From the human T2T-CHM13v2.0 reference genome, Homo sapiens, in assembly GCF_009914755.1 (NCBI RefSeq), contig NC_060935.1: 64,000 nucleotides of DNA. The stretch is one strand, 5' to 3'. Below the pieces are notes generated by a model. That model was not told the origin of the DNA, searched no databases, and saw nothing but the letters and a program-made list of their open reading frames with translations. A program made the translations under genes and the position numbers. This document shows, piece by piece, positions 26,446 to 40,894 of the stretch; position 1 is the stretch's first letter, and the number at the start of each line of letters is the position of its first letter.

Positions 26446-27297
26446 TATAAAGAGAGCTCTTATGAAGCAATAAGAAAAATGGGCAAAGGCTACAATCAGG
26501 CAATTCATAGAAAGGAAGATCTCAATGGCCAGTAAACATGAAAGGATGCTCAACCTCGCTGATAAGTGGGAACACCCGAATTAATATGAGATACCATTTC
26601 ACACTCACTGGGTAGCCCAAAATGAAAGGACAAAATCGGTTGATGACAAGGAGATGGAGCAACAGGCATTCTCCACACTCCGGCGGGAGTGCTGTATGGT
26701 ACGATTATTTTGGAGAGCAATTTGGCAACAAATGGCAAAGCTGCAGACGCACATACCCTAGGGCTCAGCAGTTCCACTCCTGGGTATGTGCCTGGAGAAA
26801 CCAGTGTATGAGTGTAAAAGGATACCTGTAAAAATGTTCACCTGTGTGTTATGTTAGTAAAAAATAAAAAACAATTTAGCTGTCCTTTCAGAAGGAAAAA
26901 GGTTAAAATAATATATGCTATATCCATGCAATGAAATTCTATGCAGCAATTAAAATAAATGAACCAGATACACTTGTATTAATATGGATACATTTTAGGA
27001 ATACAATGTTGAGAAAAAAAGTTGTAGATTGATACTTACTGTCTGATACCATTTATTTAAATGGTTGAAAAGGCACAAACTAATACTACATATTGTTTAG
27101 AGAGGCAGGGGCATGGGAGTGGGGAGTGCTAACCACAGGTTTTTATTTTCCTATGTAATTTATTTATTTATTAAGACAAAAAGGCCTAATGTAAATATGG
27201 CTAAGTATTATGATGTGAAGAAACTTGGGTCATGGCTACATAGAAGTTAATGACATTATTCTTTGTACTTTTCCATATATCTGAAATTTTTCATAAC
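26446..27297 (+). mobile_element. Old L1 (L1ME-type) ORF2 end / 3'UTR
   Basis: AAAATGGGCAAAGG, GATGCTCAACCTC, ATGAGATACCATTTCACAC, CAGCAGTTCCACTCCTGGGTAT. Confidence 0.8.
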
Positions 27298-29299
27298 ATG
27301 AAGATTGAAAAGTGATAGCACAAGAGACCGCACATGTCCACAGAACTCTTAATCTTGTGGAACTTTTGATCTTTTTCTTAATAGCTTTTCTATCCTGAAA
27401 CAGTAGCATTTAAATACAGAGCTTGTTGTACATAGTCTCACAGTGGGAAACTGAGAACACTTTATAACTAAACATATGTACAACTCACACTGAAACAACC
27501 ACTGTGGCTTCTGAAAGTGGCTTTTGGATCTTACTAACCTTGCCTGGCTGATTGAGGGTATTATTTATCACCAAGATAACTGCTGTTTCTCCAGTAATGC
27601 TTTGGCATAGAATAAATAGTCTCTGAGTTGGGTACATGCTCTTGAAGGATGACTAGTGAAGTATTTGGTCCCCCAGTCGTGCAAGAGAGAGTTGTCAGGG
27701 TTTTTCTGCTTCTTCTTACTGATGTTTAAAATCATTATAAACTGCCTCTGATTGCACCTTGCTTTTATGAGTATTTGTTGATATGACAATATACTACCCT
27801 TAGCATTTCACCAGTGGTCCTTTGCTATTGACAGTTTCATTTACAGAAATTATCTAAGGACAGCTGTGATTGAACCAAATAATCTAAAAATGTTAACGTG
27901 TAGCTTCTTAGCAGGAAAGAATAATGTTGATATTGGCATGTTATTATCTGTCCAAGTTCTCTTTATAGTCCATAATCATGATCTGATTTTAAAAGTTTGT
28001 TCAATATATGGTATTGGGGACTGTTAGAAGGGATGAATGTTACCATGGTGATCTCACAGAGATGTCTGTTACCAGCAATCAGTGGGCATCCTATTGTTTG
28101 GAGGAGTAAACCTGGACCACATTTTACTCCCTAATGACAACCATAGTGGCAGAAACTTTATTCAGCCCAACACCAAAGACGTTTTTCTTTTCTCAGCAAA
28201 GTAGTCCCAATTTAGAAATGTTGCTATTAGACATTTTGGCAAAAACGTGGCCTTTTGGGAGCTCTATCTTTCTGTGTCCTTCCAAAGGGAAAGTATTAGT
28301 GTGGAGGAAACAGTTTGTACAATCAAGAGTTTGCCAAAGCATTTCCCTTCCTGCCACCACTCCTGTCTGCCTAAACAAATACATAGACAAATAAACAAAT
28401 TAAAGCTCTGGAGGGGGGCCTCACCCCACCCACAGGATCTGTGGCCAGGGTGGCCAGATTTTCTTTGGTGCTAAGCACGAGGACTGTGCCCAAACTGGAC
28501 GTGATGGAAAGGATGGTGGCTCTATCAGTTTCATTACCAGGGTTCAGACTTTCGCGGGTTACGGGACAAAGTCCTTCTGCATTTTATTATACGCAGATAG
28601 TCGCACACTCTGGCTGGGATCAGTTAAACAGACTGACACTTTTGCTTGTGCCTTACTCTTTCGACCTCCTGGAACTCTCCAGTGAAACCTTATTCCTCGT
28701 AAAATGAACTAGCCAGGCTTGGGGCTGTGAATATAGGAAACATTATCAAGGAAGATATTCCAAAGAGCTGCCGTGGGACTACATAAGTCAGAAAAAATGC
28801 GGAGGACTTCCTCCTGCAACCCAGGGGAGTCTGTTCACTTGCAACAAATCTGACAGATCCACTTTTGAATCCTCTGTCTGGAACTACTTAGGAAAAGACA
28901 AGCAAGGATTTAGGATATTTAGGGTAAATTTTAAATGTGTTTCACTGAAAGAGAGAGAGAGGAAGGTGTTTTAATATGGTTCCAATCTAAGACCTTTCTT
29001 TTCCATGACTAAACATTTTACTGAAATAATTGGTAAGTTACCCCAGAGGAGATATTTCGGGAAGGTGTTGTTAATATTGTTATCCCTGGATATCATGGTA
29101 ACTCATTAATGAACCTCAGCACATTAGACAGCTGTGGCTATTGGAAGCATGTTTTCAATCATCAGTTCAGAGCAAGGCATGAAGGAACATCCTATTGGAG
29201 TGCTTGCTTTTTTTTCTACTGGGAGATTGGGCCTTTGCTGGTTAGAACAATCAGGGGCTAAACAGCATATTTCATTTCTTAGGGAGGTGCTAAATAGGA

Positions 29300-29520
29300 G
29301 TAACAACAATAATAAATGGCAACCACGTGCCCGGCACTGTGCTAGGTGCTTGTATACATAAATGTGTTCTAGTGAAATAGTTACTATTACCACTGCTTTT
29401 CAGGCAGGGAAAGTGAATCTCAAGGAGGTTAAGAAATGGGAACGGGGTCACACGAATAAGTGGCAGGGTTGAGATTGGAACTTGCATCTGTCTCTTTCAA
29501 TATAGACTCCAGTACTGGAT
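29300..29520 (-). mobile_element. MIR
   Basis: GTGCCCGGCACTGTGCTAGGTGCTT...GAATAAGTGGCAGGG. Confidence 0.65.
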
Positions 29521-29577
29521 ATGATTATATGAAAATGTGTAAATTAGAACATGTCTGTCTCATTACATATAGGCAAC

Positions 29578-29581
<4 letters not shown>

Positions 29582-29608
<27 letters not shown>
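29582..29608. repeat. (TG)13 microsatellite
   Basis: Read directly from the sequence. Confidence 0.95.
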
Positions 29609-29615
<7 letters not shown>

Positions 29616-30344
29616 AAAAATATATATGGTAAGGTCCAATTAATGCATCAGCTCTGTTGGAACTTATTTTGAACCTGCCAACTCTTTTACACATATTTAT
29701 ACTAATTTAATGTGTGCCAGTTCGTCTTTCATTTCCTGTGGTGATTGGGGTTTCTGAATGATTCCAGAGGGATTCCAAGAGGCGGTGGGGTTTTGCGGGG
29801 AAGGGAGGTGATTGGGAGATTGCAGACCTGTTACCATCTGGCTGTGTGACTCTCCACTCCTCACTGCCCTGGGGTCTGTGTCCGTGTCTGTGTAGCATTC
29901 GCTACCACTCTCTGGGTCACGGTGCTTCCATCAGCTGTCATTCTTTGAATAAAGCTTTCCTAGGGGAATCAAGGGTGGAATTCCTACTCATTCATTCATT
30001 ATCAACTAGAGAGAAAGTGCTGAACAACTAAAGCCAACCAAATGCCTTGAGAGTTAACACTTCGGATATTTTTCATGGAATACTCATTAGGTTCAGTGAG
30101 AAAAAATGTCTGGTCGTTGATTGGCATCACTTAAAAGAACGAGATTATTTTTTCACATTATATCTGGCTGAGCTGGAGTGGATTCTGGGAATCTCTATTT
30201 TTAAAAACCTTTCTGTATGATTGCAATGAAAAGTCAACTCTGGGAACCACAATAATGTAGATAACAGCTTAAATATGAGATTGATGTAATTTGCACCCCA
30301 CGACTCAAATGTATGAAACCATTTAGTGGAGTAATCCTACTGTT

Positions 30345-30700
30345 GGGGTTTTGAGTCAGACGGTCCTGGGTTTTATTGTATTTTATTGCCTGTGTGACCT
30401 TAGGTAAATTACTTAACTTCTATGACACTCAGTTTCCTCATCTGTGAAATGAAGATAATAATAATCACATAATAGGGTTAGTTGTGGAGGTTAAATGAGA
30501 TAATGTATATAAAGCTCTCAGTATTTTATTGGCTGTGTGACCTTAGGTAAACTTAACTTCTATGACACGTAATTTCCTCATCTGTAAAATGAAGATAATA
30601 ATAATCACATGATAGGGTTAGTTGTGGAGGTTAAATGAGATAATGTATATAAAACTCCTAGTATAGTTTGTGGTAACAAAGTGCTTAGTATTTGATAGCT
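30345..30700 (+). mobile_element. MIR with an internal ~143-bp tandem duplication
   Basis: The MIR core TTTCCTCATCTGT(G/A)AAATGAAGATAATAATA occurs twice (30378-30520 and 30521-30660). Confidence 0.9.
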
Positions 30701-32657
30701 TCTATTAAAAATAATTATCTTACAATAGTAACCTCATCACTGAAGTACAACCCTTTAGGGAAAGATTACCATTATTGGTGAATTAAACTTAAGAAAAATT
30801 TAAATCTTGAAAAACCCCACTTTACTCCAGGGCATTTTTCTGGGTTACAGCGACACTAGCTGCTTTTAAGACCCCTTGCAACCTGGGTGGTCTGTGAATT
30901 GTTTGAGTTCAAGTCTTCATGAATTAGGTATGTTTCATTCCTCCCACTTTTCTGTTTTGTAATATGAATTCAGAATTTTATAAATTCATAAATGAGTGGC
31001 ACAAACAGGTCAGCGCTACAACATCACAAGATGTGCTTTGTTACTTTATTTTTTTTTTTAACAAGAGTTTCCTAGGATTCATTGCCCCTAGGAAATGTTT
31101 CATCACACAGCTGTAAGAGTCTCAAGAACTGTCCTAGAAAAGTGGCAGAATTTCTCAACACGTTTGATTTCTTTTCTTCTTTCAAGAGTAGAGTTAGGGA
31201 TAGTCTTTTTTTTTTTTGAAAAAAAAATGAAACTATTCTTTTTTTCTTATTTTCGAGCACTGAGAGAGGAAAATAACTCCACTGAGATGTTCTTTTCCAA
31301 TTAGGTAGCATGGAAAAAGGTAGCAGTATGACAACTAATCACTTTCCTAGTATATTATTGGGTCTGTGATTCAGAGTGAGTTCCAAATGAAGTGCCTTTG
31401 TGACAGCTTTTAAATTACTGGTGGGGCTAGCTTCTGAATGTATTCTAAGTGGTAATGATGGATGGCTGTCATGTGGAGGAACTGCCTGAGGAAGAGTTCC
31501 ATGTGGATTTTTTTGGGATTGTGTTTCTCAGCTGGTCACTAGTGTCTTATGAAGTTTAGTATCTGCTGGTGAAATACTTTAATTGATGAATCCCCTCCAC
31601 GGTGTGAGAAGAATTCTCTTGATGAGGAGTTCTCACCTTCTATGGTGCAAAGGCATCGCCAGTGAACAGGGTGATGCCTCTGTCCAGCCATTTATAATGA
31701 TGATTCCGACAGGCAATCTCTAGTGGCCTCATCCAGGTTCTGTGGTGGGTGGGGGCCAAGTGGGATAAGACAGGTGGATGTGTCATCACCACTGAGACGG
31801 AGTGGCATGTATTTATGAAGAGTGAGAAGGCTGACTTTGTCCCCTAGGGTCCTCAGAACCATAGAGTCTGAGTTTTCTGAATTGTTGAAAATAGGACTCA
31901 GTCAGAGACATGGATCGTTGGCATCTTGTTGAGAATATTCTATTCAGCCTGTGGATTCAGAAAAACAAAATGCATATGTTTGTGTTCCAGTAGGAGGGGA
32001 GTAGGCAGGAATGGGGTGGGAGTGGAAAAGGAATGTTGGCCAATGGGGAAGGGAGAGTGAGGGGTAAGGAAACAAGTTAGTCCACTGAAACAGGGATCCA
32101 AATGCTTACTCAGCATTTGTTGTCTCCAAGAGAAAAACAAATTGAAAAATGAGAATGGAAGATTTCATTTGGAAATGGCCCTGTGAGTACGTGCTTATTT
32201 TCAGAGGCGTTCCCCATAACTGACAGCAGTCAATGACTTCTGATTGGGCAATGGCCTGGCCAGCCACACAGGTAGCCCAATCATCATATGTATTAATGGT
32301 GCATTCAAAAATTTCATCATCCTGGGTCACAAAAGATCATGACGACTGTATTATAATACAATAATGGTATTCATGCAGTGGCGCACAGAAAATTGTGTGT
32401 ACTTGACGCACAGGCGGTGTGGAAGCAGGATTTAAAGTAGAACTCCTGTCAAAAACCTTTCCTCCAGAGCCTCCACTGCCTCATTCTGTGATGTTTCAAT
32501 ACGTCAGTTTCTGCTGTTGGTAAAACACATCTTACCTCCCCAGTATGTTGGGGAGCAGTGATTGATGAAGGAGGATTAATTTGCTGCTTTTCGGGAGGGA
32601 CTCCGTGCAGTCTCCAGGGGATTACATGTATTATGGTGTTTCCACAGAAAGCTAGAC

Positions 32658-32974
32658 CAGGGATTGGCTAAATCTGGCCCACTACGAATTGTTCTACTAC
32701 CACAAGCTAAGGATGGTTTTCACATTCGTAAACCGAGGAAAAGAAATCAAAAGCGGAACATTTCGTGACCTGTGAAAATTATGTGAAATTCAGACATCAG
32801 TGTCCGTACATAAAAATGTTATTGGAACACAGCACATGCACCAGTCTGCGTGTTGTCTGTGGCAGCTTTCATGCTGTCACAGTGGAGGGAGAGGTTGTGA
32901 CAGACACAGCATGGCCCATAAAGCCTAAAATATTGACTTGCTGGCCCTTTACAAGGAAGGTTCGCCAACCCTTC
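32658..32974. mobile_element. MER58B-like hAT-Charlie DNA transposon
   Basis: TIR-like ends CAGGGATTGGC...GCCAACCCTTC, with 8-bp flanks AGCTAGAC/CACTAGAC fitting the hAT NNCTAGAN target. Confidence 0.8.
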
Positions 32975-34093
32975 CACTAGACTGTTGGAAGCAGAGCTCC
33001 TCAGTTACGAAATAAGGTTTTTACTGATCCATAAACTATGATGTCATTCCAGGGCACAAAAATACCTCCTTTGATCCAGGGTTCTGTTGTCATCCTGTGA
33101 CACGAGAAAGACCCGACAGTGGGAGTTTAGTGGGGAATTTTGCAAGGACTCTCTTAAAGTGAGATCAGGCTCTGGGCTTTAAGGATAAATTTCCAGACCT
33201 TTCTAGAAGTAACACAGGATTTTCTGCACGGAGAGGGGGGTCAAAAATATTTATAGTAAAGTGGTAGAATTCAACAAAGTATTTTTGGGACTTTCTCTTT
33301 GCTGCTGCAGCCCCGACCGGTTTTCCCAGGGGGAATCTGAGGATGGCCCCTGAGGAGAGGCTGGGCGTGTCAGCATCACTGGCATTTTTCAGTTTGAGAT
33401 TTGGATGACAGTTTATATGCTTCTTAATTGACTTTAACCTGCTGCCCATCCCTAGAAGTAATAGTAATGGTAATAAAAGTTACACAATCACATCGCCACA
33501 GCTCTGTCCTGAAGGGCTTGCATAGCTGGATGGAGCACTTAATTGGGATGGTCCACTCTGCTGGGGAAGTGCAGGAGACTATGTGCCTTTGGAATTTTCA
33601 ACTCTTCAGGGTCAGGAACTGCCAGACCTCTCAGGAAGGATGAAGCACGACTCTCTCTAGTTGCTCTCTTATTTACATTGAGGCCCTTGGGTCAGGGTGA
33701 GGCTTTGCGTCTCCAAGGTAGCCTTTGAGCTAATGAAACCCACTGTGGGGTGAGAGATGCGAAATTAACCTGATTTGCTGCAACTTCCTGTGCACTGTCG
33801 GGCTTACCAGCCAGTAGGCTGAAGAACCCTTGAGATCTGGCCCTTACCATAAAATGGAGAGGAGTGTGCACAAGTGCAAGGTCGATTAATGTCAGAGGAG
33901 ATGACTGATGTTGGTAGGTAAAATTCCACTTCCAAGAAAAGTATGTGTGGTACAGGTGACACCTGATTTTCTTACTCCAAATCACAGATGATGTTGAAAA
34001 AACAATAATAATAACAATACACACACATAACAGGAAACACTGGTATAATACTATGTGCCAGGAACTGCTCTGAATGCTCTTATATGAATTGAC

Positions 34094-34401
34094 TTTTTTT
34101 TTGTTTGATTCTTGTTTTTTGAGACAGAGTCTCGCTCTGTTGCCCAGTCTGGAGGGCAGTGGTATGATCTCGGCCCACTGCAGCCTCTCTTTCCTGGGTG
34201 CAAGCAATTCTTGGGCCTCAGCCTCCTGAGTAGCTGGGATACAGATGCGTGCCACCGTGCCCAGCTAATTTTTTGTATTTTAGTAGAGACGGGGTCTTGT
34301 CATGTTGCCCAGGCTGGTCTTGAACTCTTGGCCTCAAGCGATCCACTTGCCTCAGCCTCCCAAAGTGCTGAGATTAGAGGTGTGAGCCACTGCGCCCGGC
34401 T
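34094..34401 (-). mobile_element. Alu (AluJ-like) inserted in a MIR
   Basis: Full antisense dimer, with MIR-like sequence on both sides (34000-34090 and 34402-34470). Confidence 0.92.
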
Positions 34402-34479
34402 AACTTGTTTAATTATACCACAGTCATATGAGGAGATACTATTATTATTCTCATTTGACAGGTAAAGAGACAGATAGAA

Positions 34480-34746
34480 GGCCAGAAATGGTTGTTCATG
34501 CCTGTAATCCTAGGACTGTGAGAGGCCAAGACAGGAGGATCATTTGAGCCCAGGAATTTGAGACCAGCCTGGGCAACATGGAGAGATCTTGTCTCTACTG
34601 AAAATAAAAATTAAAAAAAATTAGCTGAGACCAGAGGATTGCTTGAGCCCAGGAGTTCAAGGCTGCAGTGAGCTATGATTGCATCACTGCATTCCAGCCT
34701 AGGCAACAGAGGAAAATCCTATATCTAAAAACAACAGCAACAAAAA
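34480..34746 (+). mobile_element. Alu (AluJ-like) with a right-arm deletion
   Basis: J-type GGAGTTCAAGGCTGCAGTGAGCTATGAT. The start of the right arm is missing. Confidence 0.9.
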
Positions 34747-35179
34747 GAGCGGAGGAACAGAAGACAAATCCGGTCCTGATCACCCTTTGGGAACTCTATT
34801 GTCTAATGTGGCTTAGACTCAAGAATTTCTTATTTTGAAAAGTATGGTGCTGGGTACAGAGTAGATAGATCCTCAGTAATGCTTTCTAAAAATATTAAAT
34901 ATTAAATATTTAAATATTTTCTGATTTTCTATTATTACTGATTTGATTTTCCTCATCTAGTTCTTTCTTTGTAGGCCATATAAAACTATCCCTAGAATGA
35001 TTAGGATATCCTTTTTTTTTTTTTCCTGGAGCAGTAAAGTTCTTACATAGCTGAAGTTCTAGGGAATGTATTAGTGTCCAAATTTGCAAAGTGAGTTAAT
35101 GACAGGGACACAGTTCAATATTTTATCCACAACCTTAGGAACTATTCCAGAATGGCTATGATTTAAATGAATTTTATCT

Positions 35180-35830
35180 TACTGTTAATATTTTTAAAAA
35201 TTAAATATTGAGTAAGGAAAATGTTTATAAAATATATGTATGATAAAAAGAATAGTAATACAATGAACACTTGTGTCTACCCACCACCCAGTTTAAGAAA
35301 AATATTTCAGCTAGACAGGGTGGCTCATGCCTATAATTTCAACACTTTGGGAGGCTGAGGCAGGAGGATTGCTTGCGGCCAGGATTGAGACCAGCCTGGG
35401 CAACATAGTGAGACCTCATCCCTATAAAACATTTAAGAAATAAATTTAAACAAAAGAAAAAGAACATTTCTTCTGGGTTGCCTGGGTTCCCCTCCCTGAT
35501 GCTGTCTGCGTCTCTCCCCCATTAGAGGTCACCAGTATTTCAGTTCTCAGCTTTTCTCTGTAGTTTTGCCATGTGTTATCCCTAAATCATATGTTGTTGA
35601 GCTTTGGTCATTTTTGAACTTTATATAGATGGAATCACACTATACTTTTTGTGACTTGCTTTTTTCTCATAGCATTGCATTTCCCAGATTCCTCTCTGCT
35701 GTTGTGTGTACCTACGGTTCACTCATTTTCATTGATAGAGTGTCCAGTGTGTACATAAACCATACTGTTTATCTGTTTTGTTGATGGGCTTTGCGGTTGT
35801 TTTTGCTGCTTTGAACATGCTTGTTAAATT
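35180..35830 (-). mobile_element. Old L1 (L1ME-type) 3' fragment with a FLAM inserted (35310-35462, +)
   Basis: TTTGAACTTTATATAGATGGAATCACAC...TGTGACTTGCTTTTTTCTCATAGCATT, plus a monomeric Alu inside. Confidence 0.7.
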
Positions 35831-38494
35831 CCTTTTTAGAAAACTAATGATCAGGAGGACTCACTTAAGTGAAATAGTTTTTCTATGAGAAAAACAGTTC
35901 TACAGTTTAATGAAAATTGTAATATCTGCGCCTTGAACAAACAGATGTAGTTTTTATTTTAGGACGCATGCTAACTACCTATGAAGTGGGTTTATTTTTA
36001 GTGGCTTTTTTTTGGTTAAATTTTTTTCCCCAGAGTTGAACAATGATTTATTTTAATTTCTAAACCAAATCAAGGCATTTATTGTAAAACCACTAGAAAA
36101 TAAGTCTTCCCAATTTAACAGCATATGTTTTATAAATATTTTAATAAAATGAATTTTAAAATATTAAATAATTTTAGTTAGAATGTGAAGTACTTCTCTA
36201 AATTAAACATTAATAAAGCTTTTTCATCCAGAGCAACAAAAGAATTGCATTATATAGGTAAAATGGCCTCTGCCCTACTCACATTTATTTGCGGACTGGA
36301 AAAGTAATGTTTATTTCTAACATATTTTTAGCTTCAAAAGACTTTAGAAACCTTTTGAAATAATCTGCAGAGCTGTGCAAAGGCACCGAGGTTTAGGACA
36401 GGCAGGAAGCTATAGTCCACTCAGCATTTTTTTTTTTTTTTTGACTGGAAAGAAAACCAAAGCCCAGAGTAATTAAATTGCTCAACCAAGATCACTCGGA
36501 GGCTTGCAATGCCTTTGAAATACAATGACTCTAAACTAGCTATATGAATCTGTACTACCATTTCTAAATTAGAAGCCACAAGTTGCTTTTTATAATAATA
36601 TATATTTTGTTGCTTCTGTGCATCTTAATTTATTTTATATAATTTAAAAAACAAAGTCACTAATCAAATCCATAATGACAGTTTGGGATTTGATTTTTAA
36701 AATGCTTTTCTCTACCCTGTTGACTGTGCCGAGCCTAGAGAGTCTATTTAGTTCCCGTAGGCTGGTTTCTGGGATTGACAATATTTCCATTGTCATACAA
36801 CTCTGCTGTCGCCAGTGATGTTCGAGGACCAGCACTACCCTTGAAGGATCCTGCTGTTGTGTCAACAAATAATGGCACAGGCCTCTCTGACAGCTTGTCC
36901 ACAAACTATCCTGAGGGTTTCTGTCTGAAGGAAGCAGCAGCTTTGCAAGAGTGATTTTAGTGAGGTCGTTTGGATTAGATTGAGTTAGTGGGCCGTGAGT
37001 TCCGTGCATTTAGGGTTGTGTGTGAGGCTTTTCATGTTCTTGAAATCTCCTCCGGCCCTCCCGGTCACACCCCTCCAGTGCCACGTTCAGCCCTCTCTCT
37101 CTGCACCCATCCTGAAATAGCCATGGTTCAGCATGGAAGAAATCCACTCCTCTCATCTCTCAGTGCTGGTCAGCTCCGCATTTGCCTGGGGGTGGGTTTT
37201 GACTGTCTTCTCCTTAAAGAGAATCTCTGCACGTGTAAAATCTGTTTCAGGAAAGTAATAGGAAGGCAGCAGGACTTGGAGCCTGATGGTGTGGATTCAG
37301 CTTCCAGTTCTGCCGCTCACTGGGTGACCTGGGCAGGCTGCTCATGGTGAAATGGGTATAGCGACACCCGTGCTCAGGGTTTGCTATAGAGATTGAGCGC
37401 AGTCTCCTGAATCTCGTGTGGACAAAAGATTTCACCTCTGAAAAATATAGAATCTTAGATGTTTCTGTCTGTTTCTACAGCAGAAAGCCAGGAAACACAA
37501 TCTGCAAGAAGCTAGGGGTGTAATAATAACCACCAGATCCATCCGTCAGCTGCCCTCTCTCTGTGTGCTCCGGTAGCACCGGCTTATTTAATGCATGACA
37601 TCGACTGTCTCTCCCGTGGGGCTCTGAGCTTCCTTCCAGCAAAGACTGTTCCTTCATCTTGGGGCCCCTCACACCAGCATACATTTTTGCACTTAGTAGA
37701 TGGTCAAAATAGTACGGTTTTGAACCTTACTAAACTGCTCGTGTTTCTTTACAGCACTTTTCTTCTCTTACTTGATGTAGGTAATATGTTTTCTCTTACT
37801 TGACGTCTCCCTGCCCTGGGATTTAGGGATCGCCTTGGCCCCACACCTGTGGCTTTCTGATATTGCCACTCCTCCCCACTCACCTTTTTTTTTTTTTGTC
37901 TAAGTATTTATAATATGCAGTTTGTCACACCTAGCTAGTAGACTATATTTTCTGCAGTGATCTCTTCCAGCTTGGGAATTCTTAAATTAAAGGATTTATT
38001 TGTAGGTAGTAAACAGTCTACTTTTTAAGAAAACTCTCTAAGTTCATATTGTCTGTACTTCATCATGAGGGATAATGGTTCATTTCAAGTTAATCTACAC
38101 GACTCAAGTGTAACCCATGTGGTGGGTGGGGGGACGGGGTGAGGTGGCAGCTGTTAAACAGTGCATAGCAACTCTTCACAACAGTTTAAACATGAAAAAG
38201 GAATTGGAGTAATAGAATATGCTGGAATTTGATGAGGACACTGAGAGCTACAGGACGTGGGATTTGAACTTGCAGCTGTAGACAATGACTGTGTCTCCTA
38301 GAACCCCTGAACTCTTTTGCCCCAAGATGCCCCGGAAGAAAGACTGGTGGAGTTACCAGCTCATGGATTTTACATCCTATCTATTCTCACACACAAATGA
38401 ACTCCCATAAAGTAGAGGCTGAGTAGTTCTTGTCACCTTAGTGTCCCATAAAGCTGATGATAAGAATAACTAGAAAACCTTTAAAAACTTACAA

Positions 38495-38789
<295 letters not shown>

Positions 38790-39074
38790 TCAGAGATGAA
38801 AAGTGCTAAGAAACTGAAGTAATTAACAGTGCTGACCCATTTGAAATAAAATTATTCATGAGCTCACTTGCCTCTTTTTGTGCACAGGAGATTGTATAGG
38901 TGGCTATGATTATTTTTATAAAAAATTGGATTCTAAACAAGTTTATCAAATACTTAATATCCACCTTAAAAGCTTTCACGAATTAAATTTAACCCTTAAA
39001 TGATGCAGTGATCCGCACTGAACTTTCTGATTAAAACAAAGGAAAGCTAACAACACTTATCGTTTCAACTAGAG

Positions 39075-39390
39075 TTCATTAAAAAAATATTGTGGACCAT
39101 TTACGCACCAGGCGCTATGTGAAGACTGCACAGATGATGGTGATGTGAGCGTCAGAGCCCCTGCCCTCGTTCTTGTGGGAGGCACAGATGAGTAAATACG
39201 CAGTTACCAGAATCATACGACCAATTCCATGATGGGGGAAGGTGGGTGTGCTGAGGGACACCTAACTGAGACTGAGACTTGGCCGAGCAGTTGGTGAGGG
39301 CCCAGGGAGGGCAGCCTCTAAGTTGAGACCTACAAGATGAAAAGGAAGGCCGAGAGGAATGATCTAGCAGAGGCAGAACATTTCTGAAAT
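39075..39390 (-). mobile_element. L2 3' fragment
   Basis: TTCATTAAAAAAATATTG...CCAGGCGCTATGTGAAG...CCCTGCCCTCG. Confidence 0.6.
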
Positions 39391-40856
39391 GAGTTCTTTT
39401 TCTGAACACTATGTTGAATACAGCTGAACATTTTCTGATGGTTGAGGATCTCATGACCTTCAGGGTAATTGTTTTTATCACCAATCTTTAGCTATCTAGT
39501 GCTGTGGATGTCACTGTATAAGATGTAGTAGGCTATTACTGATAACACGATCTCAACTGCATCTTTAGAAGTTGCATTTTTAAAATGAACCTGTGTAAAC
39601 TCAACCTAATACTTGTATAATGGAAGCATGATGCAGACTGTGATGGTGACTTGGGTGTTTTTGTAGTTACGTGGTTTTGGACTTACTGTTGCTCCATACA
39701 TTTATAGCTGTTTTGTTTTCTTCTCTTCATCATTGCTGCCTTGGAGGGTCAGAGTATGATCCATGTGTCTTGATGAAATTAGGTAGGGCTTTGTGTTTTA
39801 CCAGGAAAAGAGGCTCACTCGATTAGGCTGGGTTTACTTCTAGTTTTGTAATGCGCCCCTGGAGTAGCATGGATGAGTTGTTTCACTTCTTTTGAACTCT
39901 GTTTCTCTTTTTGGACAGAGATATCATGCTAATTGCTGAAGTGCCTGAAGATTCTTAAATATCAAATAAGACACTTAGGAAAACACCAGATATGATTATG
40001 TGTAAAATTTGCCTATTCCAAGCACATGCTCAATAAATATTTGCTGAAGTAATTCTAATTGAGAGTTTAAACATTCACAGTTCATGGCAAAGCATTGGAA
40101 TAGTTGCAACAGGTGAACTAAAAAATAAATCTTGTTGCTGTTCCCATTGGAAATTTAGAACCCTGTGTTTGAGTATTTTCGATTCTGGTTCATCCATCAT
40201 TTGGTTAGCTAGGTTTATCAAAATTCTGCATGGGAGGTCAGGAAATGTGTTAGCTCACTTTGTGTAGAACACAGTTCAGCATTGTTAGTAAAAGCTAAGT
40301 TTGATTTAGTTCCAATAGTTGGCTTAATAGAACCTTAGGAGAACCAACTAGCTAAGCAGGGCAGTGAGAGAAGGGATCTACGTGGCTGTGTTTGCTTGAC
40401 CTCAAAAGCCTGGGGATAACTGTGTTTTGTTCCTTTATAATACAGTTGCTCAGAGAAAGTCATGCTGTACTCTTTACCTCCATGAGCACCATTCTGGAAT
40501 TGCAGTTCAACGTAGGGATATTTTCAGCAAGGGAAAAAGCATAAACACTTTTCTCAATGTTCAAGGAACATCATGACAGACTACCTATATGATGGTCCCC
40601 TGGGTCAGCTCAGATTGGCCCAATGGATTAGCCTGTCAGTGGAATATTGAATTCATAATATTTAGAACTTCAGTATTGTAGGCTCTCTGGGAGTGCAGTT
40701 AATTAGGCAGCTTCTTAATTGGATTGCTGTTCTTATGGGAAGACCTTCATATTGACCAGAGAGGCAAAGTGGGATGACAAGTCGTCTGGAATGTCAACAG
40801 AGCAAGTTTGACTTTAGGTTGGCTGCTGCTTTCTGCTTCTCTTGAATCTAGAGACC

Positions 40857-40894
40857 TTCTCTCTCTCTCTACCTCTCTGTCTCTCTCTCTCTCT
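40857..40894. repeat. Imperfect (CT)n microsatellite at the FLAM tail
   Basis: Read directly from the sequence. Confidence 0.8.
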
